A stretch of 64,000 nt of DNA from Paraphysomonas bandaiensis (GCA_965644295.1 CBFFRP010000190.1:1-64000); one strand, 5' to 3'; counted from the first letter of the stretch, positions 24,730 to 37,734 are shown. Program-made: numbers and translations. Notes: generated by a model from the letters alone, not told the origin.

Positions 24730-25045
24730 AGGTACAACGGACCCTAATGAGCGTCATTTGTGTAGACATATTTTGGCCTTAACGAATAAACAGGCATCCT
24801 GGAATGGGCGTTTGGGGTATCTGAAGTCAAGCATCCGGGCTGTTTACCTCAAGGACTCAAAAATCCTGAAGTCAGCAAATGTCAGGTATATTAACATTCT
24901 ACTTGCTCACTGCGTTTGCATTGAGCTTTAGTGCGAAAGTGGAAGCACCTTGGTGCTTGTGGTGATACACAAGAAGCTGATTTCGTAGCGTTAAATATTA
25001 AATAGTAGGATATCAGAGCTAAGTACTGGTTAACCTAGGTCTAAG
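24730..25045. repeat. Dispersed repeat X copy 2, right part
   Basis: TGTGTAGAC..TTTGG, ACGAATAAAC, GCACCTTGGTGCTTG and TTTCGTAGCGTTAAATA are shared with copy 1. CTGAAGTCAGCA.AT.TCAGGTATAT.AACATTCT is shared with copy 3. Confidence 0.85.
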
Positions 25046-25531
25046 GAGTATCGCCCCTTGTCCAAATTTAAAACTAGGGCTTTCCCCTCGAATTATGAGC
25101 GCGGAACGAATAGTCTCCTTATTACCTGTGTTAAATATAACTATATCAATATGAAAGTCGGAAACTGTAAAACATGCACCGCTCATAGCAGCATATATAT
25201 ATTACAGAATATATTCCGCGCATTGACTTGCTTAATCCAAAACACTTGCTTCATTAACGTTATTCGGACATTCTAAACATAGAGAGAGAACATTGACTTA
25301 AAATTATTTTAGACTGGTGATGTTAACTGAAATATATGTACCATCGCAACCTATCTAGTTTCATACAAAATATATGTACAAGTGCAAAATGGGGTATGAG
25401 TACTGCTCGCCAGTATACCAAAATGGTGGCCGATGGACACCACTCAAGACTTACTTCTACTTCAATGTCAAATCAAAACTATATCATCATGCACAATACA
25501 ACTACGTGGTGTGTGTGCATCAAATATCATA

Positions 25532-27288
25532 TTAATGAAGTAATTTGTACTCTTCATTCGACGGCTCATCTGTTCCTGCGCAGCAGTAATCAACCTTTGT
25601 TTTGGGTGGAGACGCGAGATTAAACAGAGCGTAACCAGCAGCGATTCCACAGAGCACCATACAAAATATCTCGACGTTGTAAGTCATTGCACAGAGCATA
25701 AGGAAATATCCCATGCAGACCTGGGCAGCATGAAGCAGTACCATCAGTGCATCCCGCCACCAAGACCACTGTACCCGCTTGGCGAGATCTCTGCGCATTT
25801 TAGTGATATACTCCACAAGCATACCCAGCATGAACACGCCTAGGCAACCAATAGCAAATTTCCACCTCGAGTCCAATGTCCAGTCGGTAAACAAAAGGTT
25901 TATACAGAGGATATCAGCACTGTCCTCTTGCACAGTCGAAGCAAATCCATCCATATACATTGTGGTTCCTGGTCCAGTACAAAAGCTCGAGCTTGATCCT
26001 GTGGAATTCCCTTCACCACTACCCAGACACTGAAGTTCACACGCCTCCATCCCACCTGTATATTGATTACAAGTCCAAAATATGTTATAGTAAATCAAAT
26101 ACCTGACGAGGGACAATCAACCACCCCATCCACGGGTTCACCTGTCACAGTGTCCACACACTCTGCCTGGAGGCCACACGATAGCCCGTCCACGGGCATA
26201 CATTGTTTCCAACAGTAAACACCAGTACCACCATCACACAGAGTATTCTGCACCACCTCGTATCCCAGCCCGTGAGTGGTGGATATAGTGATGGAGTCGC
26301 ATACGGAAGGAATGTAGTCCAAGTTCCTTCCCTGGAGCTCCTGGTTTCTGTATTCCTCGTACGTGGCGGTGCCGATTTTTGCATCAGATGGAGGGAGGTA
26401 CATTTTACCATACCAGCTGCGAGAAAAAAATTCATCCGTGCCTGCACCCCATGCGGGTATAAGGGCGTGCGGAACAGGACGCAAGTCAGCTCCTAGAACA
26501 GGTTGCAACCAGGTTGCGCCACCCTGTCCAACCATAACTACAATGGCATCATCCTCTGCCCCGACCTCCACCACTAAGCCAGAAGGAAGCTCCATGTATA
26601 GACCGTTACGAGAGTTGATAGGGTCTTCACTGACGCTTGTGTATAGCCCGGTGGTCATGGCAATGAGAAGACCAGCATCAATATGCATGTCGAGTGCAGG
26701 GCCTCCACTATTCTCTGTGGGTGAGTAGTAAGCATGCAAATGTTCAAGATGTTCCCCATTCCGCCCAATCGATTCAAAAGTGGTATAAGGGGATAATAAC
26801 TCCTCAGTGCCCTCGTCAACTGCTTTTCTGAGAGCAGCTGCCTTGTCGAGCAGGCGAAAGAGCTGAGAGACAGTGGTGTCAACTACGGTGCGCAAGGCAG
26901 AACTAGGAGCACCACAAGAGCTCGACATTTCCTGGGGAATACCATGCACACTCTGAGCGGCGCTAGTGACTCGGCGGCTCCCATCTTGCATCGTTATCTG
27001 GGCGGCACCTTTATCTGTACTCAGGCAGTGGGCCAAATCCGACAGTGCTAGATATCTGGACTGCTCAAAATTCGGAATCCCTGTAACTTGTAGAGCTCCA
27101 ATAGTTACAAGTGCAGTCATAACATCTACAGAAGCAGACTCTGACTGCATGAGAATATCGCCGAAGTCAATGGCGGGGAGTGTGTAAACAGCCGCGTTGG
27201 TGGATGCTTTACTGCCTTCTGAGCCAGACGCGAAAAATATCCCAGCCGACACGACCAAAATAAACAACGATGATGATATTCGCATCAT
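25532..27288 (-). CDS. Signal peptide + 2OG-Fe(II) dioxygenase-like domain + Cys-rich linker + Ctr copper transporter (2 exons)
   Basis: HIDAG...VPHAL...RSWYGKM. A 47-nt GT-AG intron (26056-26102) joins the two ORFs in frame (CPSS-G-GMEAC). Ctr motifs TTMYMDGF, LLFTDW, YFLMLCAMTYN. Confidence 0.85.
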
Positions 27289-28295
27289 CGAGGAATTGAT
27301 GAACTTAACCGCGAATTAATTGTGTGTTAATATATTTCAATACACCGCCCAGAGCGAGTTTAACATACATACATATACATATATATATATATATAATGTA
27401 CACCACTGATGGTATACATATTCAGGAAATTGATTAGATGGGAATATATTCGCTAAAAAGTGAAAGTTTTTTTCACTTTGTACTCTAAAATCGATAATTT
27501 TTATGTTCGGAAAACTAATCTTTATTGTTTGCTCCAATTGACATCAGCCACAACTTCGACTATGGTGTATGGTATGTGCGTATACATATACTTCAATGTC
27601 GTAATTGAATTACAGAAAATTCTTCACATCTTCGGATTCATCAGTTGAGTCTCATTGCATCCCTCTTGCATACAATGATCTCTGTACTTATATGACAGAG
27701 CTAATTATTCGTTACATTCTCTTGTACTGTATAATTTAATCTGAATGAATCGATACTGTGGAGGCGTTGGTTCCCTTTATGTGTTGGACCCATAGATTGT
27801 ATATCTTCAACACGACAATTTGCTGAATTCCTTCAAACTGAGTGCAATGTACTGAGTTATCATCCCCTTCTGAATCAATAGCCACAGTTCGGAGGTAATG
27901 TAGACACCTGCAGCAAGGATGACTCATACTATACATGTAATTGTAGAAATGTGTTCTTAAATCGATGCTACAGCTGTTGTATAGCGATATTAGGTGTGAG
28001 CGGACAGAAAACTGTGTACTCTAGTGGTTTCAAAGTTATGACAACCAGTTGCTTATTAATCAACCTGCTTCCCATCATATTCTTTTCTGTGTTGCGCTGA
28101 AATTAGCCGCTTTTATTGGGCATGAATTTGTACAGTAAAATATAAGTTTTAAATTAAACATAGCTAAGTGTCATATCTAGAAAGTCACGAGTAATTTAGA
28201 CGTACTTAGCAGTTAGTTTAGTTATACCGAAACTGTTCTGATATCGAAGTATAGTATTTATTAAAGTTGATTTATTTACACAGCCTAGTCAGTAC

Positions 28296-28464
28296 CAGGG
28301 CTAGGGAGCAATAAATTACTATACGATATGACTATCAAATATTGATTGCAATATATTGTGAGCAACTTTAACGGAAACTATATTGATGGAATATTTGGCC
28401 GGTATACCCAACCAATATACTTGATAATACATTGCAATTCAATAATATCAGTTCCCTAGCCCTG
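28296..28464. mobile_element. hAT-family MITE (169 bp)
   Basis: TIRs CAGGGCTAGGGA / TCCCTAGCCCTG. Perfect 8-bp TSD GTCAGTAC at 28288-28295 and 28465-28472. Confidence 0.92.
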
Positions 28465-29687
28465 GTCAGTACACAACAACTCTACACAGTTTATAGAATA
28501 TATTCAATAGTCGCAATTGTTACATTATTCTACTGGTACTACTTCCTGGAGATGAAAGCAGAAAATATTACAAACATCGACATTTAGAGGGCAATCTTTA
28601 CATCATAAACTCTTGCTAGTGAAATATTTTGAACTGTAAGCGTTCTGATGACAATGAGAGAGCGTTTATAAGCACATTCGTGGTGATATGAAGAGATGAT
28701 GCCTTTGCTTTCATCATCTGGAGAGCACAGTGTCATTGGAGCAGAGGGGAGAATTTATCATGGATAATGTCACGACACAAAGCTTTTGTATAGCATTCCT
28801 TACAGAGCTTAGTCAGTACACGACAACTTGCTACATTATAAAGTATTATCATACACAATTCACCAATCACTTAAATGTGAAATTTACTTTGGGTTAGGAG
28901 GAAATTCAATGGTTGTGATAATACATACAGTCCACCTTCAGTATGATTTTCTTATCTTTATCAGTAGACTGCAGCTTACTTGCCGGCATAGAGTATAGAA
29001 AATGCTACCATGTTCTATTGGTAATACTTCCTTCGAGATGAAAGCAGCAGCATAACCTGGTAAAGAAATATTCTTCAATTGACTATGGTATAGCTACGGC
29101 ATACATACATACATACATACATATACTTCAAAGTCGTAATTGGATTATAGAAAATTCTTCACATCTTCGGATTCATCATTACAAACATCAGATATGCCTT
29201 TTATCGAGTGCTAATGGTGATGTGAAAGTGTTCTTATCTACATAGCAGATTCACTGCAACAGAGAGGTAGGTAACAGTCTCATATATACATACACATACA
29301 TATAGCTGTCTCTAACCGTATCTTAGAACTCTGTATCAGGAGTACGTGGTATGAACGTAGTAACAACAAGCCGTCAGCTGCACTCATCCAACATAAGTAC
29401 ACAGAATAGAATCCATGTGGATGTCACAGTATGATATCAACACAGAAACACTTCTCTACTATGTCCACTTCATTGTATATTTATCCAACTATTTTACTGT
29501 ATTTCTTACAACAGAAAATTGATTGGATAAAAGGTATTTCTTTGTTGTTTTTGTCGTGTGATGATGGAGTTCTGAGCTGAGCGCGCTATGATTCAACTGG
29601 TACACAACACAGTCATAAATTCATGTGATCCATTTATTAACTTCATTCGTATCAAACTAACATTATAATCTGTGAACAATCGTCACA

Positions 29688-31246
29688 ATGCCGTTTTTAC
29701 CTGATGTTGCAACTAATGCTGAAAGCAGACGCAATACGCGGAGATCTGCGCAGCGTCGAGAGTCGATTCGTCTCCATTTGACTCGTATCGGAAACTTGAG
29801 GGGGTTATTCGCTCGATCTGGAGCCTATAGTGTCGACACAAACCATGAGACACCATCACGTTCTAACAGTGAAGATGATATTGGGTCACATCCAAGCACA
29901 CCATCGAAGGGGTCGGATAAGTTGTGTCCTCTGCCACAGCTGAGTCCCCAAGAAGAAAAGACATCCTGCATAGAGATACTGCATTCCCCTCAAAGACGTA
30001 AATCTGCTGATAACACTGATGATGCTCAGCCTCAGGCCCCTAAGCCAAAGCACATGTTCAGTGGTCCAATGATATTCTGCAAGCAGAAGCTTGATACCAA
30101 AGTCGACATATTCCTACATGAGTCACTCCGATACTTTGAAGTTAAAGCACTTGATGTCGAGAAGAAGAAGCCTCTTCCCAGTCTTTTTATCCCTCTTGAC
30201 AAGATTGTCAAGATAAATGAGAAGGAGTTTAATGGAAAGTATCGAGAAGTGGTTGCACAGAGAAGAGATCTGGTGGAAAGGGCACAACTCACATCTGCAA
30301 TAGAATACGTTATGAATTCTTTGAGCATAATGCCATCTGAAGAGGGTCCACAATTGAAAATATCTAGATACAATGGTAAGTTTGACTATGAGTTGTTGCT
30401 AGCTTGGTGTGAATGTTTCTTCAGCGGAGGAGAGAGCAACTGAGGTTCTTAATGAACCAAAGCCAGAAGATTTGGTGGAAACTGCTTCAAACTACTGGAA
30501 CAATGAAAGTAAGCCTCAGAATAACCTCTTCGGGTAAATAAGCACCTATATTAATGCGGCTGGGTGTAACTTCTCTATGTTAATATAGAAGCACTTGCAG
30601 AGATCAGAGAATAAAGACCGCGACTAATATGTCCGATTCTATCGCACGTGACACAAAATTGTCTGACGAAGAATCTGCTCGAGCTGTTCTTTACCAGAAG
30701 CAAGCAGAAAAAGAGATGGAAACCGTAAAATCCAATTCTGAACATTCTATTACCCGATCATATGGCTGTGAGGCTAGTGTTAACCCCAACAAAAACTCTA
30801 AGGCGAAGTGGGCGTGGTTGTGGGCGTTCAAAAAGGTCGTGGTTTTCAATCGCATTGAACGAGCAATGATGGATATATTCACTAAGTAATGTTACATCAC
30901 ACGATTCTTTATGATTCTAATGAATATTTTATGAACCTTTAGAGTTATAGAGGAGCGTAGGGCTGCCGAAATTCTTCAGCGAAACTCCCCTCTTTCCACT
31001 GCTATAAAGCGCCTTGAAAAAGTGCGAGGAAGATTCCGAAGGAAGAGAGTAAGCAGTATTAACTATATGAAGCGACCAATGCTTATTACCGACACTCCCT
31101 CTGATCCCCACTCTGGAGACCATGGTACCTTGCGGTTGAAGCGCTCGAGAAATAAGAACTCTCCCCCCAGAAACCCCTCCACAACCTTACCAGCAGTCAA
31201 ACGACGCCCCCATATGATGCCTCCTCTGCGAGCTTGCAGAGCGTAA
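29688..31246 (+). CDS. Hypothetical multi-exon protein
   Basis: Long first exon with a GTAAGT donor at 30376, followed by consecutive coding-like ORFs (30629-30889, 31022-31246); no recognised family. Confidence 0.6.
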
Positions 31247-31826
31247 GGAAATATGATAAGCATCTGCTACTGTGAAATATGAGTCTGCAACGCTGCGTGT
31301 AGAATGAGTTGGAATCACGACTGCGATATTCGGTATAGATGCCGCTTTCATTTTACTATGGTTTTATTTTTTAACCTCATTATGATAGAAGTTGTATCTT
31401 TCAAAAGATACCACTGTTTGTTTTTTATTTACTTTATTGCAAAAGGTGTATATAGTAACCATAATAAGTCTATTGTAAGTATAATTCCAAAATTGGCTTT
31501 TATTAATAAGCACTGTGTCAAAGTATGGATCCTGCCACACCTAAAATGACATTATTCTGTTTCTGAAAGCTGAGTCAAGTGTTCAATTCTGTTCTAATTG
31601 ATATACACCTATCTACGTTGCAGGCATTCGGTTTCGTAATATTAATGTCACTACTTCACTAAGCAGTAGCATAAATTTGACAACCGTCGTTAAGATTCAT
31701 ACGACCAAATATAGTATTCACGTTAAGTTGTTGCACAAAACACAATAGAGGAATAAAATTCATACTCAGCAAATCACAATAATAATGAAGGAATCTCCTA
31801 TCTCACATGACGTTATACGTCAGAAT

Positions 31827-33639
31827 TTACTGTGAATTGATAATTAAGAAGGACGAGTCGTGGGAATTCAGTGTAACTGTGTAGGATGACTTGAACTCCC
31901 CTAAATCAGAGTGTGCCCAAATGTCCCTCAGCGAGTATGATGTGCTCGTAGATTGCATAAAGGTGGGAATTTCATTAAAAATTAATGTGATAGATTGAGG
32001 GTACGCAGCATTGTTCATTAGAAGCACCGCAGCGCTGGTATCACTGAGTCTTTTAGACCACTGCTGCCAGGAACCCACCTCCTCCTCTCGAAGAGGCCGA
32101 GTTCCAGAGGAACGTAATGCGGGTGTCGGAGAAGACAATATCTTCACACTTTCAGAGGAGGATAAAAAGAGATACCCTACGAATAAATTGCATTAAAACA
32201 CATGTCTACCTACATGGAACCGCTACTCCCACCGGAATCTCCATCCCAGGCCTGATTAACTGCTATGGCCTCAGTGTTGGATATGATGGGCCATATTTCG
32301 TCAGATACTGTGTCATTGGTGGTATCATGAGAGAGAATGAGAGGGGACGAAACGATGCACCATGCACCAAAGTGCGTTCTAGCCTAGTTACCAACTCACA
32401 TACCAAAAGCTGCATATATTGTAGAAGTATTACCTCTACAAAAGAAAGACCAGGATCATTTTCACCTCCAGGACCATGCTCACAGCCCACCTCGAGCATA
32501 TCTGTGAAACGGCAACAGGATCACATTGCAGAGATGAAGTAACATGGCACATGAATACCGGGATATCCCCAACACCCTGGTGTAGAAAGACCATCCATAG
32601 CGAAGGGAATTGTGGTCATGAGGTTAGACAGAACTGCGTCGTAGGATGCTCTATACAGCGTAGTGACGTTACGTTACGAACTTTGTATGTACAACTACAT
32701 CACCTGATGTCCCCTGAAGTACGGTAGTAGTTCCAGGGACACCAATCCGATGTGGGAACAGTATTACCCCAGTGGCAGTTCTCGATTAGAATAGAGTGTC
32801 CCGTCTTCTCAATAAGGTCGGCCCACTTGTCGAGATCCAACTGCAGCAGGAAGAATAACCATAACAATATAGTGATGCACTGTTTGTAGCAAACCTGTGC
32901 GCCGCATCCGTCCAGTTTAACGCTATCAAAACCAAGATTCACAAGTGCATTGACGTCTTCCTGATAGCACTCATCCGAGTCACAGTGGTCCTCACAGATG
33001 CAGTTGTTGCCGTACCATCTACCCGTGCACATTATAAAACCACACTTCGTGAGAAATTGACCAATACGTACCCAGCAGTCAGGCCAAGCCGATGAGCGTA
33101 ATCGGTCATCTTGCGCAAATCAGGAAAAACATCCTTGTTAATAACAGGTGTCCCATTCTCGTCATGATAAGTATTGTGATCCGTGCCGTAGTCGCCACAT
33201 AGTTGCCTACGTTTGTACGCGGAGAACGAAATAACCTAACATCACTTGTTCATAAAGCGGACCATACCATGCATCATCCAACCCAACATCAGAATATCCC
33301 AAATCTAGAAGTGAAGTGGGAACACCGTTAACAGTTCGTTTGCGGGATACCATTCCATCCATCTGATAGACATACATATACATGTTAGCATCTCACTTGT
33401 GGTTATATAATGCACCTGTTTCGATATCAAATCTTGATTCACATCAGCTCCAAATAAGTTCCAACTCCTCCATCCCATCGGCTTCATTCACATGAGGCCA
33501 TATCATCATATCAGACATATATATCACATCATCAGACCAGCACCCCTCTTACCGGTGTAATGCCCTTGCCGTTATCGATACCATACACATGAACAATCCA
33601 TGGAGACCCCAGCCAGAGGAATAATGAAGTAGATTTCAT
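31827..33639 (-). CDS. Alpha-galactosidase, glycoside hydrolase family 27 (multi-exon, secreted)
   Basis: Signal peptide, then DNGKGITP/PMGWRSWN, VGLDDAW, GFDSVKLDGC, YYRTSGDI, DMLEVG and a C-terminal LRDIW beta domain. Confidence 0.92.
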
Positions 33640-33953
33640 GTTTGTTTCGTTTGTGCAGGATAATGAGTATATATATGTATATATATGGGCTGCCTGGTAT
33701 ATATAAGATACACTCCGTTAGCTGTTAGCTATGCAGATACAGTAGCATCATGGACTATATGTATGTACTGATGTACATATCCACAACAGTACCTGATGTA
33801 CACTTACAACTGTCCCCAGGTACACACAGTGGTCCAAACAACAGACGTACGTATGGATCTATCGATAGGTACGGGCCAAAGCGCCCATTGAGGAACACTT
33901 ACACCATAAACTCCACAGTAACACACGAATAGAGCTTCATCTCTTCTTTCAGC

Positions 33954-34955
33954 ATGAGTTTACAGTTAGGGCGCTTATCATTGAAGAGTTTATCGGTGCT
34001 GAGCCCTCTTGAAGGTGTGTCAGATGTGGGATTCAGGAGCCTGTGCTATTCTCTGGGTGCTGCCTTCACATGGACTGAGATGATACGAACAGAGGCAATA
34101 GTAAAGAACAATAAGGCAACACTCGATCTAATTGATACATTTGATGCACAAACTCCCACAGGCATACAGCTACTTGCCAAAAATCCTTCAGTACTACATA
34201 AAGCCCTCCTTAAAATGGTGGAGCTCTCTCGCACTGATGAGTTCAAACACTTTGAAAATATATCAGCTATTGACATAAATCTTGGGTGTCCATCACCTGA
34301 TGTAATTAGGGAAGGAGCTGGCCCTGCGCTCTTGAAAAGACGTTCTCGTTTAAAGGAAATATTTACTGTGCTGTCTCAATTCAGAGACAGCAACTGCATG
34401 CCTAATATTGGCGCTGTAGGTTGTAAGATACGCCTTGGTTTGAATTATGGTGAACAAAAGCAAAAGGTTTATTTGCATGTTATTGATGCTGCTAATGAAG
34501 CAGGGCTAAACTTCGTGACTGTACACGGACGCAACGCTCAGCAACGGAGCAGAGACAAGCCTACTTGGGAAGCTATTGGAGAGTGCAAACGTGCAGCAGA
34601 AATGCCTATAATTGGAAATGGAAATATTGGCTCTATGACTGATGCTATCGATATGATAGATAGGACATCATGTGATGGAGTTATGATAGCTCGGGCAGCG
34701 ATATACAATCCCTGGGTATTTAGTCGATTCGTTAATGAGAAACGTGAAGAATGCGAAGCGGCTTACCCTAGTCTCAGTGATGTGGAAGCGGCGAGGCTAA
34801 AGTATGATAGTATCTCTGATAGCGTTGGAACCAAATCAAAGTTCATAACATTTCACAGAAAAAATTTTGAGCGATTAGCGAAAGCAGTTAATTCTAACAG
34901 CTTGGCGAATCAGAAATATCTTAGTAGCGCAATACCCAAGAATTCACATATATAG
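33954..34955 (+). CDS. tRNA-dihydrouridine synthase (Dus) family flavoprotein
   Basis: PLEGVSDVGFR, TEMI, IDINLGCP, GAGPALL, HGR, GNGNI, MIARAA motifs. Confidence 0.9.
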   Translation: MSLQLGRLSLKSLSVLSPLEGVSDVGFRSLCYSLGAAFTWTEMIRTEAIVKNNKATLDLIDTFDAQTPTGIQLLAKNPSVLHKALLKMVELSRTDEFKHFENISAIDINLGCPSPDVIREGAGPALLKRRSRLKEIFTVLSQFRDSNCMPNIGAVGCKIRLGLNYGEQKQKVYLHVIDAANEAGLNFVTVHGRNAQQRSRDKPTWEAIGECKRAAEMPIIGNGNIGSMTDAIDMIDRTSCDGVMIARAAIYNPWVFSRFVNEKREECEAAYPSLSDVEAARLKYDSISDSVGTKSKFITFHRKNFERLAKAVNSNSLANQKYLSSAIPKNSHI

Positions 34956-35858
34956 CTGTAAATCTTATATATATTACTTATAAAGTGTTCTTTGTTGTGA
35001 CAATGCAGTCTTTTCTACAATTGATAACAACGACGCATTAATATATACGATAAACAACACAATTAATGGAGTTAACGACTTTCGGATTGTGTGAAAGTAT
35101 ATTAAATATTAAGTATATCTTGAAAGAGGAACCGATAATAAGAAGTAAACAACAATCTTTAGCTCCAGCATAGATGATAGATCCCGGCAAGTTGTATGTT
35201 AGAAAATGAAATAACAGTACAAGACTTTCACTCTATGCTGAGATTACAAATTAGAAATATAAAGTAAAATTAAGATGATCAATATCACTCCTTCCCATTC
35301 ATGTTATCGCAAATTCATATTGTCGCAACTATCAATTATTCTCTCATACGATCTTGAATATATCACGATCTTATACAGTCAGTATATTTCAGTTCACTGA
35401 TATGAATATATGAATACAATCATGCCTTTAGTTCTCATAATGCAGAATGTATTAGAATATGGATCTTATTCTAGTATATTCAGTATGTCACTTGCAGACA
35501 ATGTACGAGAATACAGTGAAATATAGTGATGTACAAATGCTGTGATGATATTGAGAAACTGAAATAGTTTGATATTTCAAGATATGTTCAGTAACGAGAG
35601 GTTCGCATATGTAGGATATTATGCATGGATTAAAATGAGTTAGTGTTGGTTATCACAACTTCGTGTAAACGATATTAGTAAATCTATCTAGTCTTACGAC
35701 GAATTCTCTCTGTGATCTAGCTTAAAATGAGCAATTTCCAATATAATGCAGTTAACAGTTAACCACTTAACAGTCATAATTCTTTTGAACTACTGCTTTC
35801 AATTGCTCTCAAACAGCAAAACTCAACATTGTAGATAAAAGAGTTGCTAGTTGTCTCT

Positions 35859-36204
35859 CTCAGCAAAGTCGGACTCGCATCTTTTAGGGGAAAGCGCCGG
35901 AGAAGTTTCTCAGGGAAACTAAAGATAATTTTCAGACCATTCATAGCCTAATGCTTGTGTGGTGCAAGGTTACAAGGGACACTAATTAGTGTCACTAGCA
36001 TCCCGGGTATTGGCCTGCCTGTGTACTAAAAAAAACTGAAGTCAGCAGATATCAGGTATATCAACATTCTGCTTGCTTACATAGTAGCTATCGTCTTTCG
36101 TAGTGTTAAATAGTAAGACATCAGAAGTAAGCACTAGTTAATTAAATTGCAATGCTATATTTGCTCTGACTCTTATACGCTTATTGCTAATAATAAGACA
36201 TTCA
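35859..36204. repeat. Dispersed repeat X copy 3 (no copia insertion, internally deleted)
   Basis: Starts at the same boundary (CTCAGCAAAGTCGGACTCGC). Contains TCATAGCCTAATGCTTGTGTGGT, GGGACACTAATTAGTGTC and CTTTCGTAGTGTTAAATAG. Confidence 0.85.
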
Positions 36205-36450
36205 CTACTGTTACTGCACCCTTCGCCCCGGCCTGGATAAATAAATTAGAATAAATGGAATAATATCGTATTATTAGATTTTATTTTATAATTTTATCCC
36301 AAACATGAAGGCTAGTCCTAACGTACCAACGGACTCAATATGAACATTTTTCAATTCTTCAGACTGCTCGTTGAAGTTAAACTCATTTTTCGATAATATT
36401 TTTGAGTCTAAAATGATAACAAATATAAAGTACATAAAGTCTTGTGGAAG

Positions 36451-37359
36451 TCATTGTGGGTATACCATCCGTAAACGCTGAATGATATTTGTGGAACGGG
36501 ATAAAGCAGAATCAAAAACACAAACCGGTAGATGTGGTACATGGTGCTCACTTAAGAACTTTGTGACGGCCACGGTGTATCTCCGATACGCATCAACAAC
36601 CCGTCGTATCATTTCGTGGGATTTTCCCCCTATGCGATGCAATGGTTGGATTGCTTGGTGAACAGTATCGACGGCCCGTAGGCACCCAGCGTAGTCAAAA
36701 GGGTGCAAGACACCACTTGCGTTCCAAAGATAAGGTAGGCACACAGGTGTGACCGAGTGAAGTCGAAGGCGTCTCAATGCCCATTCCATTGGATCTCGCA
36801 AAGTGTGAACTACAACAATATTCGGGGCAAGGTGAAGCAGATCGGGAAGTGATTCAGCAAATGGGGTGTCACTCACAAAGTCAAAGTTATGAACAATAGA
36901 GTGCAGGGCCACAGAGTATTCTGCTAGAACGTGCTTCGAAGGGCAATTAGCTTTGGTGTTCGTACAATTCATCAATAACTTCGTGTACCGAATAATCTTT
37001 TCTCTAGCAGCTAACGAGACATCTTTCTTTCCACCGATACACTTACTTATGAAGTGAAAAGTATTACTTGAAAAGTTTTTACAAATTATGTTGCTAATTG
37101 ATCTTGTCCCAGTGGTCCCCATCCCTACATTAATAGCTTTCAATGCAATAGGTTGAGCATCCAAACTGACCAATGGTGGCCGGTAAGTCATGTGTGTACT
37201 ATGACGGCTAGCATTATAAGATGGCCATGCATCGGAGCAGTTACTGCCTTTATCCAGATGGTGGACGATGTTGCTTACTGGATGCTTATTGCAGCCCACA
37301 TGAGCATACTGCAGGAGTAAAAGAGCCGCTAGGAGACGGAGGAGCATCTGGTTTAACAT
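36451..37359 (-). CDS. Signal-anchored sulfotransferase-like (P-loop fold) protein
   Basis: N-terminal hydrophobic segment; INVGMGTTGTRS, SDTP and HTLRDPMEWA motifs. Confidence 0.75.
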   Translation of the reverse strand: MLNQMLLRLLAALLLLQYAHVGCNKHPVSNIVHHLDKGSNCSDAWPSYNASRHSTHMTYRPPLVSLDAQPIALKAINVGMGTTGTRSISNIICKNFSSNTFHFISKCIGGKKDVSLAAREKIIRYTKLLMNCTNTKANCPSKHVLAEYSVALHSIVHNFDFVSDTPFAESLPDLLHLAPNIVVVHTLRDPMEWALRRLRLHSVTPVCLPYLWNASGVLHPFDYAGCLRAVDTVHQAIQPLHRIGGKSHEMIRRVVDAYRRYTVAVTKFLSEHHVPHLPVCVFDSALSRSTNIIQRLRMVYPQ

Positions 37360-37734
37360 CTAGATATACTGGTGATGGAACAGTAGCACGAAAGAGTGGC
37401 AAAGTATGGAGAGAGAGCAGACTGGGCCATTTTTTTTTCTTCCACCATCACAAAAACAGCAAGCAGTCTGTGGACGACTTGGACATGCACAGATCTCATA
37501 TCCAGATATCCACACTCTCCTCCGACCTGCCTGATCTCAGTGCGTTCCACAATAAAAAATGTATAATAAGAGCTGTATACTCCGTATATACTGTAGGTAT
37601 ATACGTATACCCACACACTCGTACACGTGTAAAATGAGAGAGTATGTCGTGTACTCTGCTTCTCCATATATGATCGTCTCGCAGGTCAGATATAGTACAG
37701 TTTATGCACGCTACCATAGCCCCACAGCCTCACA

